64,000 nucleotides of DNA from Microthyrium microscopicum (lineage: Eukaryota), in the NCBI GenBank assembly GCA_010405405.1, contig MU004235.1, positions 1,809,539-1,873,538 on the forward strand, given 5' to 3'. Shown one piece after another: positions 1 through 12,503 of this stretch. Below the pieces are notes generated by a model, which saw only the letters and a program-made list of their open reading frames with translations, made no database searches and was not told the DNA's origin. Position numbers and translations under genes: made by a program. Numbering within the stretch: the stretch's first letter is position 1; every line of letters begins with the position of its first letter.

Positions 1-719
1 AAACTTACTATAACCTAAATAGTTAGTATAGTAATAAGTTTAAAGCTATTAATAAGTTAGAAGGTATATTAAGTATATACTTAATTTATAAATACTATTA
101 GATTAAGCAATAAATCTACTATATATTTTACTATTATTATCCTTTATTTAGTAACTCTATAGTATAAGCATAAGTTTAATATAGGCTAAGAAAATAACGT
201 ATATTTAGTTAACTATAGAGATATAAACTATATTAAGTATATAATAACTATCCTCTATTATTATTTTAGCTTAAACTAAGTATATACTTATTAAAAAAAC
301 TTACTAATAGTCTTATTCTTATAAGAGGAAACTTTAATATATACTTTACCTAGATTCTTCTTAATTAGTAGAATTTTTAGCTAACCTAGCTTATATTTAG
401 TATATATAAAGTATAGGTTACTAGATATATACTTAAAAGAATAAAACTAAGGTTTAAATTATCTAATAGACTTAAAAATATAAGCTATTTTCTACGCTAA
501 GTACGTATAGAATATACTATAAGTATATTTAAATTATAAATAAAGGTTAATTACGTTATATATGCTATTAGTATAATAATAGGCTTAATCTTAAGGTATT
601 TTTAGCCTATACTAAGTATAAAATAATCTAGTATAGGCTAGAGTTATAATAAGTATAAGATAGAAAATAGAATTAAATCTTAAAGAGATAAATATTAAAA
701 GGTTTATTATAGCTTAAGA

Positions 720-1270
720 TAAGTAAGTAACGTAGATATATATTTACGTTACGCTTCTTCTTCTTTAAGTAGAAGACGCTAATTAATACGTATTTATATT
801 ATACTTTTTCTTTTTTAAGAAAAAAACGCTAGTTAATATATACCTTTATTATATAATTTTTTTATTAAAATAAAGAAAGGAAATAAGCATATACTAAAGT
901 TATACTTCTTATTTTTTAAGTATAAAAGGTAGTAAATATATACTTAAGCTACGCTCTTTTTTTCTTAAGTAGAAAAGGTAATAAGTATATAATTAAATTA
1001 TACTCTTTTCTTAAGTAGAAAAGGTAATAAGTACGTACTAAAGTTATATTTTTTCTTCCTTAAGTATAAAAGGTAATAAGTATATATTTTAACTATGCTT
1101 CTCCTTCCTTAAGTATAAAAAGTAATAAGTATATACTTAAGCTACGCTCTTTCTTTCTTAAATAGAAAAGGTAATAAGTACGTACTTAAGCTATACTTCT
1201 TCTTTCTTAAATATAAAAAATAATAAGTACGTATTTAAGTTATATTTCTCTTTCTTTAAGTAGAAATAAT
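720..1270 (+). repeat. Degenerate ~48-49 bp tandem minisatellite, about 11 copies
   Basis: Unit like ttaagtagaaaaggtaataagtacgtacttaagctatacttcttctttc; anchors at ~965, 1011, 1060, 1109, 1157, 1206, 1256. Confidence 0.8.
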
Positions 1271-1958
1271 TATAATATAATACTACTAATAGTTAAAAGT
1301 AAGTATACTTTTATTTAGTACGTACTACTAATTACTTTTAAAGCTTTATTTTATAAATAGTAAAATAAAATTATATATATAGCTTAGTACGTACTATTAA
1401 AATAAACTACGCTTTACTTTATTTTTTATATTAATTTAATTATAAGAACTAGAATAAAGTTTATTTTTAATTTATACTACTTAATACTTTTAAAATAATA
1501 TTATAAAAGTATAAATATAAATTAATAATAAAAGTATAATATATATTAAATCTTTATTTAATTTTTTATAATTTATATTTTTTAATAATTATAGTTAGTT
1601 ATAACTATTAATAAAAAATATAAACTTTATATATAATATTAACTATTTTAATAATATTCTTATATAAGTAAAAAAAAAAAATAAAGCTTTAAGCTTAATA
1701 TATATTACGTATTTCTTTTAAAATATTATTTTATAAAATAAAAAAGAAATTAATAGAAAGCTTAGTACGTACTATAGTACTATTAAACTATTTTATCTAT
1801 TCTTTATATTAATAATAAATAGCTATAACTACTAATTTAAAGCTAATACTTAATATATACTATTATATACTTTTAAAATATTATATAAATTTAAAAATAA
1901 ATTAATAATAAGCTTAGTATATACTATAAACTTACTTTATTTTTTAAGTTATAATATA

Positions 1959-2618
1959 NNNNNNNNNNNNNNNNNNNNNNNNNNNNNNNNNNNNNNNNNN
2001 NNNNNNNNNNNNNNNNNNNNNNNNNNNNNNNNNNNNNNNNNNNNNNNNNNNNNNNNNNNNNNNNNNNNNNNNNNNNNNNNNNNNNNNNNNNNNNNNNNNN
2101 NNNNNNNNNNNNNNNNNNNNNNNNNNNNNNNNNNNNNNNNNNNNNNNNNNNNNNNNNNNNNNNNNNNNNNNNNNNNNNNNNNNNNNNNNNNNNNNNNNNN
2201 NNNNNNNNNNNNNNNNNNNNNNNNNNNNNNNNNNNNNNNNNNNNNNNNNNNNNNNNNNNNNNNNNNNNNNNNNNNNNNNNNNNNNNNNNNNNNNNNNNNN
2301 NNNNNNNNNNNNNNNNNNNNNNNNNNNNNNNNNNNNNNNNNNNNNNNNNNNNNNNNNNNNNNNNNNNNNNNNNNNNNNNNNNNNNNNNNNNNNNNNNNNN
2401 NNNNNNNNNNNNNNNNNNNNNNNNNNNNNNNNNNNNNNNNNNNNNNNNNNNNNNNNNNNNNNNNNNNNNNNNNNNNNNNNNNNNNNNNNNNNNNNNNNNN
2501 NNNNNNNNNNNNNNNNNNNNNNNNNNNNNNNNNNNNNNNNNNNNNNNNNNNNNNNNNNNNNNNNNNNNNNNNNNNNNNNNNNNNNNNNNNNNNNNNNNNN
2601 NNNNNNNNNNNNNNNNNN
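1959..2618. other. Assembly gap (660 N)
   Basis: Run of N characters. Confidence 0.99.
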
Positions 2619-2823
2619 TAAGTTAATTATATAACTATAACTAGGCTTAGTTTATACTTAGTTTATATTTAGTATATATATAGTTAAAGTTAAGTTTATA
2701 TTATTAAATAAGTATATAATTAACTTTCTATAAGTTAATTATATAACTAAAACTAGGCTTAGTCTATACTTAGTTTATATTTAGTATATGCATAGTTAAA
2801 GTTAAGTTTATACTACTAAATAA
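2619..2823 (+). repeat. ~112 bp tandem duplication with RIP-type differences
   Basis: Copies start at 2619 and 2731 (taagttaattatataact...); differences include gtttatac/gtctatac, tatatatatag/tatatgcatag, tattattaaa/tactactaaa. Confidence 0.8.
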
Positions 2824-3019
2824 TATTTATTAGCTAAAAGTTAACTTCTTATTTATTAACTATATAACTATAACTATACTTAGTTTATACCTAGTATATG
2901 CTTAGTATATGCTTAGTATATACCTAGTTTATATCTATATAGAAGTAAGTATATATTAGTAAATAGAACTTATTAGCTAAATAAAAGTTAGAAGCTTTAT
3001 ATTTAGTATATGCTATAGT

Positions 3020-3690
3020 CTTCTTTTTTAAAAATCTTATATATATTAAAAGTTCTACTAAAAGAAAGAGAAGTATAGCTTAAGTATATACTTATTATTT
3101 TCTTTATTTTAATAAGAAAGCGCCTAATAAAGGTAGGTACTAACTAGCGTTTTCTACTTAAGAAAATAGAGCATATCTTAAGTACGTACTTATTACTTTA
3201 CCTATTTAAAAAAAAAGGAATAGTAATAAGCACGTGCTTAGTACCTTTTCTACTTAAAGAAGATAGAGTATACCTTAAGTATATACTTATTACCTTATCT
3301 ATTTAAAGAAGAAGAAGTAATAATAGGTACGTACTTACTACTTTTCTATCTAAAGAAGAGAACGTATAATATAAGTACGTATTAACTAGTATCTTTTACT
3401 TAAGAAAATAAAGTATACTCTAAGTACGTGCTTATTACTTAATCTAGTTAAAAAAGAAGGAGTATTAATAAGTATATACTTATTACCTTTTCTACTTAAA
3501 GAAGAGAGTACGTAATATAAGTATATACTAACTTATATCTCTTAGTAGAGAAGATAGTTTATATCTTAAGCTTATACTTATTATCTTATTTACTTAAAAA
3601 AGAAAAAGTATTAATAAATACGTACTAGCTAGCATCTTTTAGTAAAAAAGATAATTTATATTCTAAGTATATGCTTATTACCTTTATAGT
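3020..3690 (-). repeat. Same ~48-49 bp minisatellite in inverted orientation, about 13 copies
   Basis: e.g. aaagagaagtatagcttaagtatatacttatta (~3065) and ttattaccttttctacttaa (~3480) are reverse complements of the 720-1270 unit. Confidence 0.75.
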
Positions 3691-6600
3691 ATATATTTAA
3701 TATAAGGAAATTTTAACCTCTTAGTATTACTTTAGTATACTTCTTCTTTTAGCTTCTCTTTCCTCTTCTTTCTCTTTTTTCTTTTTATTATTATTATCTT
3801 CTATATTAGTAATTATAAGTAATATAAGTAACTCTACTTTCTTTTTCTTAATTTACTATTTAGCTTCTTATTTTTATAATAATTATTATTCCTTTATATT
3901 CTATATTAGAAGTAAAGAACTTATTACTTTTTACTTTAAGCTATATATATGTAAAGGTAATAATATATTTATAATAGATATAAAATTAGTATAGAAGAAA
4001 AATACTTATAGAGTTAAATTTTAAGTTAATAATACTTATAAGCTTAGCATATACTTAATCTATATTTATTTACTAACTAGAGTAGATAATATTTAAGGTA
4101 GTAATAAAGAATATATTAGTAGTATTAGTAGAAAAGAAGGCATTTTAAAATATACTAAGCTTATATCTAATATATACTTAGTCTAAGTAATAGCTAAGTA
4201 TATATTACTAAGGTAGGCTATTAGATAGTAAGTAGGGGTTAATTTATCTTATATAGAAAGAAACTAACGTTTTATTCTTTACTTATATTAAGTATTCTTC
4301 TAATATATATATTCTAAAAGTTTAGTTACTTCTATTAGCGCTATATAGTTAGTTAGGATCTTAATACTTATTAACTTAAACTTACTATTAAGTTCTTAAA
4401 CTATATAGTATAATCTATATATAGTTAGTATAGGCTATTATAGAATAATATAATATATACTTTAATATTGTATTAAATAAAGATATTTACTTTCTAATAA
4501 TATAATTCTTAATATAATAGCTTAATTTAATAAGGTTATTTATTTATTTAGCAAGTAGCTATTAAGTAATATTAATTTTAGACGTATAAAATATAATTCT
4601 TAAAAGAATCTACTTAATTGTCTTATACTTAAAAAATAATTTTATCTTAGAGTATATTAAGTATATAACTTATATATTACGCTATATACCTTCTTTACTA
4701 TAAGCCTCCTACTAAATAATATTAAGTTTATTTATTAGTACGTACTTAAGAAATTTCTTTATTAGATTTTGCTTTAAATAGACTTTATAGAACTTTAATA
4801 TGTACTTAGTATATTTAATTTAATTTTTACTATTATCTTTTATTTTAAAATATAGTCTAAGACTTAGACTATTATTAGTATATATCTACTATAAGCTTAG
4901 AATAAGTAAACCTTTTACTTATTTTAAGTATATATTAATAGTAATAGCTTAGATTCTAAAGTAGCTAATATAGCCTTACTATATAAGTATATAAGTAGTA
5001 TTACCTAGTTATATAAATAGCTTTATAAATATTTACTAATATACCTTAATAATATTAGTTATTATAAATACGTAGGTATAGACGCAAATTTCTATATATT
5101 AAGGTTAGTATATACTAAACGTAATATAAAATACTTACTTTAGCTCCCTAGATTATAGCTAATAATAAAATATATATTCTAAGGTCTTTATATTATATAA
5201 AATATAAAGTCTATCTAAAATACTAAAACTCTAGTAAATACTATAACTTAAGTATAAGTAAAGCATATAATAAAGTAATTATCTACTAAATTCTTAATAT
5301 ATAAAATTGTCTAAATCTACTAGTATTTAGTACTATTATAGGCTTTATACTATTATATAAAGCGTATCCTTAGCTTATAATTAGCTTATATAGAACCTAT
5401 ATAAAATATAAAATAAACCTTAAAGACTAGTACTATATAGATACTACTTAAGTTATTTATAGTAAATTTATACTCTAATCTAATTAGTATTTATAAGTAA
5501 TAAGTAAATCTTAACTAGACTTATTATTTAAAGAGCTTTATAAACCTCTTAAGCCTTCTAAAATAAAGGAAACCTTTTTATATAAGGTTAGTATATATTA
5601 TAGTTAGAACTAAGTTATACTTAATATATACGTTTTATTATATTAAGTATATTATTTTTAGTAATAACTTAACGTATTAAGTTAGAGTACTCCTTTAGGA
5701 CTAATATAGGTAGTAGTAAATAATAATTATATGCTTTATATATAATAAGTAATATAAATAGATATTTTTACTAATACTTTAATAAGTAAACGTTAAACGT
5801 AGTAGGATATTATTATTCTAGTAGGTCTCTAAATATATAAATTAATATATTTAGTACTTCGTAAGTAACGTTATAGTATAGTAATTAGCTTATTCTTAAG
5901 GTAATATATATATATAACTTAATTAGCCTATAATAAATATAAAGCAAGTTTATAATAAGCTATTTTAATAACTTAAAGTTATATTTATTAGTATTAATAT
6001 AAGTTATAAAGTAAAATTTTCTATTATATAATATATAAGTATAGTAATAACTAAGAAACTAATTCTATATATATTATTAGAAACTAACTAGTTATATCTT
6101 ATACTTAATATACTTTATATTAGTTAAATAATTAGAATATATACTATATATATACTAGAATTAGTTACTTATAAGTTATTATATATAGAGAAGTTAAACT
6201 TTTATATTAATCCTATACTATAATAAAGAAGCTATATTTATTAGACTTAGTATAGGTTAAATATAAGTTAATAATAATATACCTTTTTATTCTTTCTCTT
6301 AACTATACCTCTAGCTTTAATATATATCTTTATAATTTATAAAGCTTATATAACTTATTTATTTTACTAAGATTAATATAAGAGTACGCTAGATTTATAT
6401 TAAGAATATAAAGATATTAATACTAATAGACTTAAATACCTAAGTATTTCTAATAATAATAATAAGTACGTACTATATTATTATTTTTACTAGTATAGAG
6501 TAGAAATTTAAGTATTATAGGCTTAGTACTACTAATACTTTAATAACTAAACTAAATCTAAGTATAATTAGTATATACTTAATATCTTCTATTATCTTAG

Positions 6601-8440
6601 CCTTATGAATAATATAAACTACTTTAAAATATTATTTATTATTCTTAAAGCCTCTAGGTCCTTCTTCTTTATTATAAGTATAAGTCTAAAGTATACTAGC
6701 TATAGATTCTATAATAGAGATACTATATAAAGAATACCTCTATTAGTAATATATAAATAAAGAGAGAATATTATATATATTTAGTATTTAAAGACTTATA
6801 TAGATTTAATATTATTACTATTTATAGTTAATTTATACTAAGTAAGGTATTCCTATATATTATATTAGTATAGTATATACTAAGTAGAGATATATAAATA
6901 GCTTTTAGTTAGCTTTAATTAAATTTAAATACTTACTCTTCTTTATCTTTATTCTTAACTTTTATAAGTTTAGTTTTTAAGAATATAAATAACATAGATA
7001 AAGTATATATAAATAATTAGCTATAAAGCCTAAGTTATAATAAGAGTATAGTTATATAGTAACTTAAATATATACTAAAGTAATAATATAAAATTAATTA
7101 GATTAGTTATAAGGTTTAATATAGCTATACTATTATAATTAAATTCTATATACTAGGATTAGTTTATAATAAGCATATATTAACTATCTACTATAATAAT
7201 ACTTATATTACGTAATATACTAGTTTATATACTTTTATATAAAGGCTATATATACTACTTTTATATATATAATATATAGAGGTATAAATTATATAGAGGT
7301 ACTATGCTACTATATGCTAAGAGTAAGCTATACATAGGCCCTTATGTAGTAAAGACTACTAATTTTTCTAGCGTGATTTTCTAAGGGTTAGCGGAACCAC
7401 GTCGTCGGTCGCGCGGCTTGGCCAGACTGCCAATCGATGTCTTCCTGTTGCGACCGAAAGCTCTCGGAGGACCAGATGGCTTTCTGTCTACAGGAAGATA
7501 ACTTGAGGAGTAGAGCCGAGAGAGGGGCGGGTTATCTTGCCATCTGCCAGTGCCAAATGTAGTATGTTTGGTGGTTGAAGTGCATACACCACAGCCTGCT
7601 TTTGTGTAACCCAACTTTCCTCTCGCAGAATCTCTTCAAGCTTGCGCATATGCTTTGGCGATTCCCACAGTCTCCTCAGTTGACCCGTTAAATCGTCATC
7701 TCAACCGTTGTTGATCCTGCAGCCAATTCCACTTTAGTCTTGGAATCTAGGAGGACTAGGATCCAATCTTGGAGGCCATAATTGCCCATTTGAACCATAC
7801 ATCAACTATCAACTGACAGCCCCTTTGCGCCCTTCTACAACACGACATTCTGATCGCGCCCAGGTCAACTTCGCCTTTTCCACTGTTCAGACCATCTTTA
7901 CCTTGTTGCTCAAAAAGGTTTCCCCGCTTACAGCCTAACTGTCGGTTGCACAACTACCACTGCTTATACGGAGCCCTTGAAAGAGCCGCACACCTTTGGT
8001 CCACGTTGTCCCCGGAAACAATAACGCTTAGACGACTTGTAGGTCACGGAACGTCAACTTCATCTGCGTGCGAACGTGACTCTTGCAACTCATCTATCGG
8101 CCCAATTTTTACCTTGACGAGAAATCGCACTGGTGACCTCGAGGTTCATTGCTATCCCCCGTCCGGTTCTTCCATCCTGGCCGTGATCCTGGAAACCGGC
8201 AGATAAAACCTCCATTCAACAACTTGAACTGTTAAAGCTTGCAGAGTCAGTGCCCGACCTAGCCAGCAATCCAGTGATCCTCTGATCCAGACTTGTCAAA
8301 CCGTCAAGCCCTTTGGCAAACCTTTGACCAACTACTCTACCCAGCTCTGATCTCCAAGGTCCGCAAAGGGGCACGTACGGAAGGGAAGGGTATCTGCGCT
8401 GCCAGTCGCGCTCCGCTTCCTTCAGCGTATATTAACTTTC

Positions 8441-9484
8441 TATAAACAGCGCCTGCACAAGGGTCACCTGCTATAGTTGTCGAGCTTGAGCCATCTTGCA
8501 ATCTGCAATCTGCAATTTGCATTTGAAGCCTCGCGCGCGACTCCGCAGCCTCACTTTGCGACGGCCGCTTGCTTTCGCCCAGTTTCTGCCCACGCCTTTG
8601 CCTGGCGACGCAGAGGCGATTCGCATTTCTACTTGAGCGTGCATCATTGCTTTGCGCGCTCTTTGAGTCTGATACTTTCCTGAACCTGCCCAGTGCTTGC
8701 CGCGCCTCTTTTTGGTGGGTGCAGCGCGCTTGGCTCCATCACAGAAAGAGCCTCATCGTTCCCGAGTCCAAGCTTCCGACTATCTTGCGGCTCAACTCCC
8801 AACTTCCAACTGCCACCAACACACTTGACGTTACGCAGTCGGCACGGTACGTATGTCTCACTGCATATCAACCTCACTTGTTCTGTTTCGAGTAATTTAT
8901 ACTTTTATCATTTTGCTGCTTTTCATCTGCACTCTCTGCTTGTATATCCACTGCACTCCTTCATCTCTGCTACTTGCACAGTGAGGGGTTCACGCTGGTT
9001 CAAGAGTCCAAGACATTCAATTCGCATGCATATCCACCGCCATTGCTCAAGCTGTTGTTTCCAAACCAATTTTGTTTCAACTCTCTATTCCATCACTATC
9101 CAACCTCGTCCTTGTCGGTCTTTATTGTTTCGGCTATTACTGCCAACTCCCTCCACCATGCCCTGTCTTATGTTTCAAGCGCGTCCTATTGTTCTAAAAG
9201 CGAAAAGCGGCTCGTGCGACCGACATCCCGTCTTGCGTAATCTATCTCCATCGCTCAGAGTTCCTGATCGAGGGTCTCCCCTCCATTAAACACTTTGCCG
9301 TGCGTCCGATTCACTCTTGCTATTGCTCTACTATGTCAGGGAGATCGAGCACAGACTTTGCTTGTCGTTCTTGACTCTTTAAATGTCCCTAGCACTTCCC
9401 TACCCGGATTTCTTTTTGTGCGCCTCAGCCTTGTTGGCTACAGCTTGTTCCTGAACATGGCTAACGTTCGTTAAGTTTACTCAG
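8441..9484 (+). promoter_or_regulatory. Putative TATA box and long 5' leader with a ~630-nt UTR intron of the C2H2 gene
   Basis: TATAAA at 8441; donors GTACGT (8847) / GTATGT (8851); pyrimidine-rich interior; branch CTAAC at 9461 with AG at 9475 or 9484; ATG at 9629. Confidence 0.4.
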
Positions 9485-9628
9485 GTACTGTCCTGGGCTA
9501 TTGCCAACAGCCCAAGTTGCTGTCGTCATTTTGAGAGCTGTGTCTTTCAGTGACAGCCTCGTCATTGTCATTCCCTTACAAAAAGCGACATACTCAAACG
9601 ACGTTTATTCAATTGTATCTGGATATCG

Positions 9629-11767
9629 ATGTTAGAACCCGGAGATCCATATGATTCAGATGACCCACTCGCTCCATCCGTCGAGAAACTCATGCCTGTA
9701 CGAATACAACATTCACCGGAGAGATCACCACCTAGGAAGAAGTCGATCCAAGCGCCGGCGAGGCCGTCCCACATTTTCAAGGAAGCTCCGTCGCACGGAG
9801 ACCGGTACTTGCTGAGCTTGTTGGCCCCTAGCAGACCTGATTTAGCCATAGAAGGAGGCGATAAGGTCCTATTTGATCGCCGTTCGGCGTCTCCTGATCG
9901 CAAGGACATTGTCGAGGAGACAAAACACGAGCCTGTAGAGGAGGTGGTGGATTGGGACGAAATATTACATGAAAGGTCCGTCGCAGAACAGGAGCAAAAA
10001 GCAAAGGAAGAAGAGATGAAGCGAAAAGAATTTGAGCGAGAAGAGAGTGAACAGAAGAAAAAGGCAAGAGTTGCAAGTTTAGCGCTGTTCAACGAGACAA
10101 CTGATGGTACTAAAAAGTCCCCACCGATCAAGTTCCCAGATCTAATCACCCCGAGTCCACGGCCATTCTTTGAAAAACCACGGAGTATTCAATCCAAGAG
10201 TCTTGCGCCAAAGCCAACAAAGCCAAATGGACTCAACATTGAACATATAAATACAGAGTATTCGAGGCCCAGGACGGAGACAAACCCGGACTTTCAGAAT
10301 CCTCCTCATACAGCGCATCCTAGAACTGGTCACATTCGGTCAGCACAACGGCGGACTTCAGAACCGGCTATCAGAAGTGGTAGTGGCACTTCTGAACTTG
10401 CCATGTCTTCACTTGGGTCGCACCTGATGGAACCACCAACACCGGACGATCGTCTTCCTACTATCTACAGTCCCACATCCCCAAAACAACTGGGACCCAT
10501 CTCACCACCATCGCAAAAGCTACCATCGATAGGTCGCATGTTTGAAATTGCAGAAAAATCCCAGGCAGAGGCAGCCATAATACAAAGTCGTCAACGCCAA
10601 CAATCTATAAGTTCTTCATCAGCAATAACTCAACCATCACCAACCTTCTTCGGCGCTCCTTCTCCCTTCCCTAACACGACCGGGTTTGCCGCATCTCCAC
10701 CAGCACCAATAGACACCGCTGCTACATCGCCACAAGAATTTGGAAAGACACCTGCTTCGGCCACGTCACCCAGGTTCAATTTACCGTCATCATACCGCCG
10801 CTCTAGCAACGTATCAGACATATTTCATCCTCTACATTCTGCCGGCGCAGCGTCAGAAACACATACAAGTCCCAGCATATTCAGCCCTGCAAGTCAGACC
10901 GGAACTTCAATGACAACCCCCGGAGAGCACGGCGCTTCGTCGGCTGATACTCCTCGAAGCGTACAGCATTTTCAACATCCAGTGACCATGGGTACTCCTA
11001 GTGCCTCAGGAGATTTCCCCATCACGAGTCCCGAATCCATGCGACGAGCCTCAATGAGCGCAATGACTCTTCCTTTACCAAACGGCGCTTCCTCGCCAGA
11101 GGCTCAACATCAAGGGGCAGGGACATACAAATGCGACTTCCCCGGTTGCACAGCCGCCGCGTTTCACACGCAGTATTTGCTCAAGTAAGTTTGAATTGAT
11201 ACCCAGCCGATGACAAATAATGGCGTGCCTTTATCAAACGCGTTGGCTCCCATTTACTACTTTCTATCATGTAGTGATTTATTTCCCATATAAGGTGTTT
11301 GTATGTTAACGGTTCATCGACTACAATGGGAAATAAGCAACTTTTGTTGAGTAGTATCGGAGGTAGCCATCGCAGCCGATAAGGGCGTGACATTCCTTTG
11401 TCAAGCTGTTGAGCCCCTTTATATGTCAATATCTAACCGTGTCTCTAGCTCACATACTACGGTGCATTCGTCCTCCCGTCCACACTACTGTCCAGTCCAA
11501 GGCTGCGCCCGGTCCGTCACAGGATCAGGATTCAAGCGCAAAAACGAGATGATACGCCATCAACTCGTCCACGAATCGCCCGGCTATGTATGTCCATTCT
11601 GTCCGGAACGTGAACACAAATATCCCAGACCTGATAATCTGCAACGACATGTAAGGGTTCACCATGCAGAGATTCAGACTGGAGACAGACGACTGCGCGC
11701 TGTTTTGGACAAAAGGACTAATATAAGGGGCACTGGTCGACGGCGCAAAGGCTCAGCATTTTCGTAG
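9629..11767 (+). CDS. C2H2 zinc-finger transcription factor (three C-terminal fingers); exons 9629-11184, 11449-11767
   Basis: Splicing GTAAGT(11185)...CTAAC...TAG(11448) joins CDFPGC...YLLN-SHTTVH into a complete finger, followed by CPVQGC...HQLVH and CPFC...HVRVHH; Ser/Pro-rich N-terminus. Confidence 0.9.
11185..11448 (+). other. 264-nt intron folding into a long nested hairpin; related to the CCATC/GATGG intron family
   Basis: Nested stems tgacaaa/tttgtca, cgtgcctttatc/gataagggcgtg, tggct/agcca, tactact/agtagta, ttatttcccat/atgggaaataa; shares tggctccca, ttatttcccat and gccatcgca with introns at 15178-16864. Confidence 0.7.
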
Positions 11768-12503
11768 ACGCTCTTTCATCGAATGAGTTGTCTACCATGT
11801 CATGAATTTTAAAAGAAACACGACATCATTTCATATTAAGACAGGCGTTTCTGGCCAGTCTCTCTAGGTTATTGGAGGCCTCATCTCGGCATACTTTGGA
11901 TTTTGATACCCCGGGACTTTGCGTTGTCTAGCCCTTCGTTATTTAGCGGTTCTTGAAATACGTTCTTACCTTCACTTCTTGTTTTCATTATTCCAGCATC
12001 AAAAACTTATGCTCTTTAGTTAGTAGCTACGAGATATACGAATATTGTCAACTCCAACTCCTTATGAGGTGTGCATCTTTCTTTGTAATCAATGCATCTT
12101 AAACATTATATCTGACTCAATCCAAGCCTGAATTAGCAATAACTACCTCAAGCGCATAGTCCATAACTTGGTAGTAAAGTTTCATGGTGCATCAGGCTGT
12201 ACCTTCAGCCTTGCTGCTGCTGCTGCCCACCCCACTATCACGAACAATCCCAGCCCCTTGCATAAATGTCCGTCCCTTGATCCCCGCTATCGCTCCGATT
12301 GTCTGAACGATTTCTGGGAATGCTGGAAATAAAGATCACCAGTTACTAGTACGATAGAACCTTTCCCCATCCTCCTACCCATCCTCCTACGCAACTCCCT
12401 TCCTCGACCTTTTCATTTTTCCAACCACCACCTGCAAATTAGCAGTTCGATATATACCTACCTACCGATATTGGCGTATGACACTAGAAATGCGGCTGCC
12501 ATA

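Larger units (their letters stand above)
1..7380. repeat. AT-rich, RIP-degraded repeat/transposon block (family not identifiable)
   Basis: Extremely AT-rich, saturated with TpA and almost devoid of CpA/TpG; no ORFs in the track; internal repeat copies differ by C/T and G/A transitions; abrupt switch to normal GC at ~7380. Confidence 0.85.

Noticed and set aside
7381..7391. ctaagggttag, telomere-like word at the AT boundary
   Set aside because: Single imperfect unit, no tandem TTAGGG array.
7381..9289. Short ORFs upstream of the C2H2 gene
   Set aside because: Mostly non-ATG starts, no motifs, pyrimidine-rich leader/intron character.
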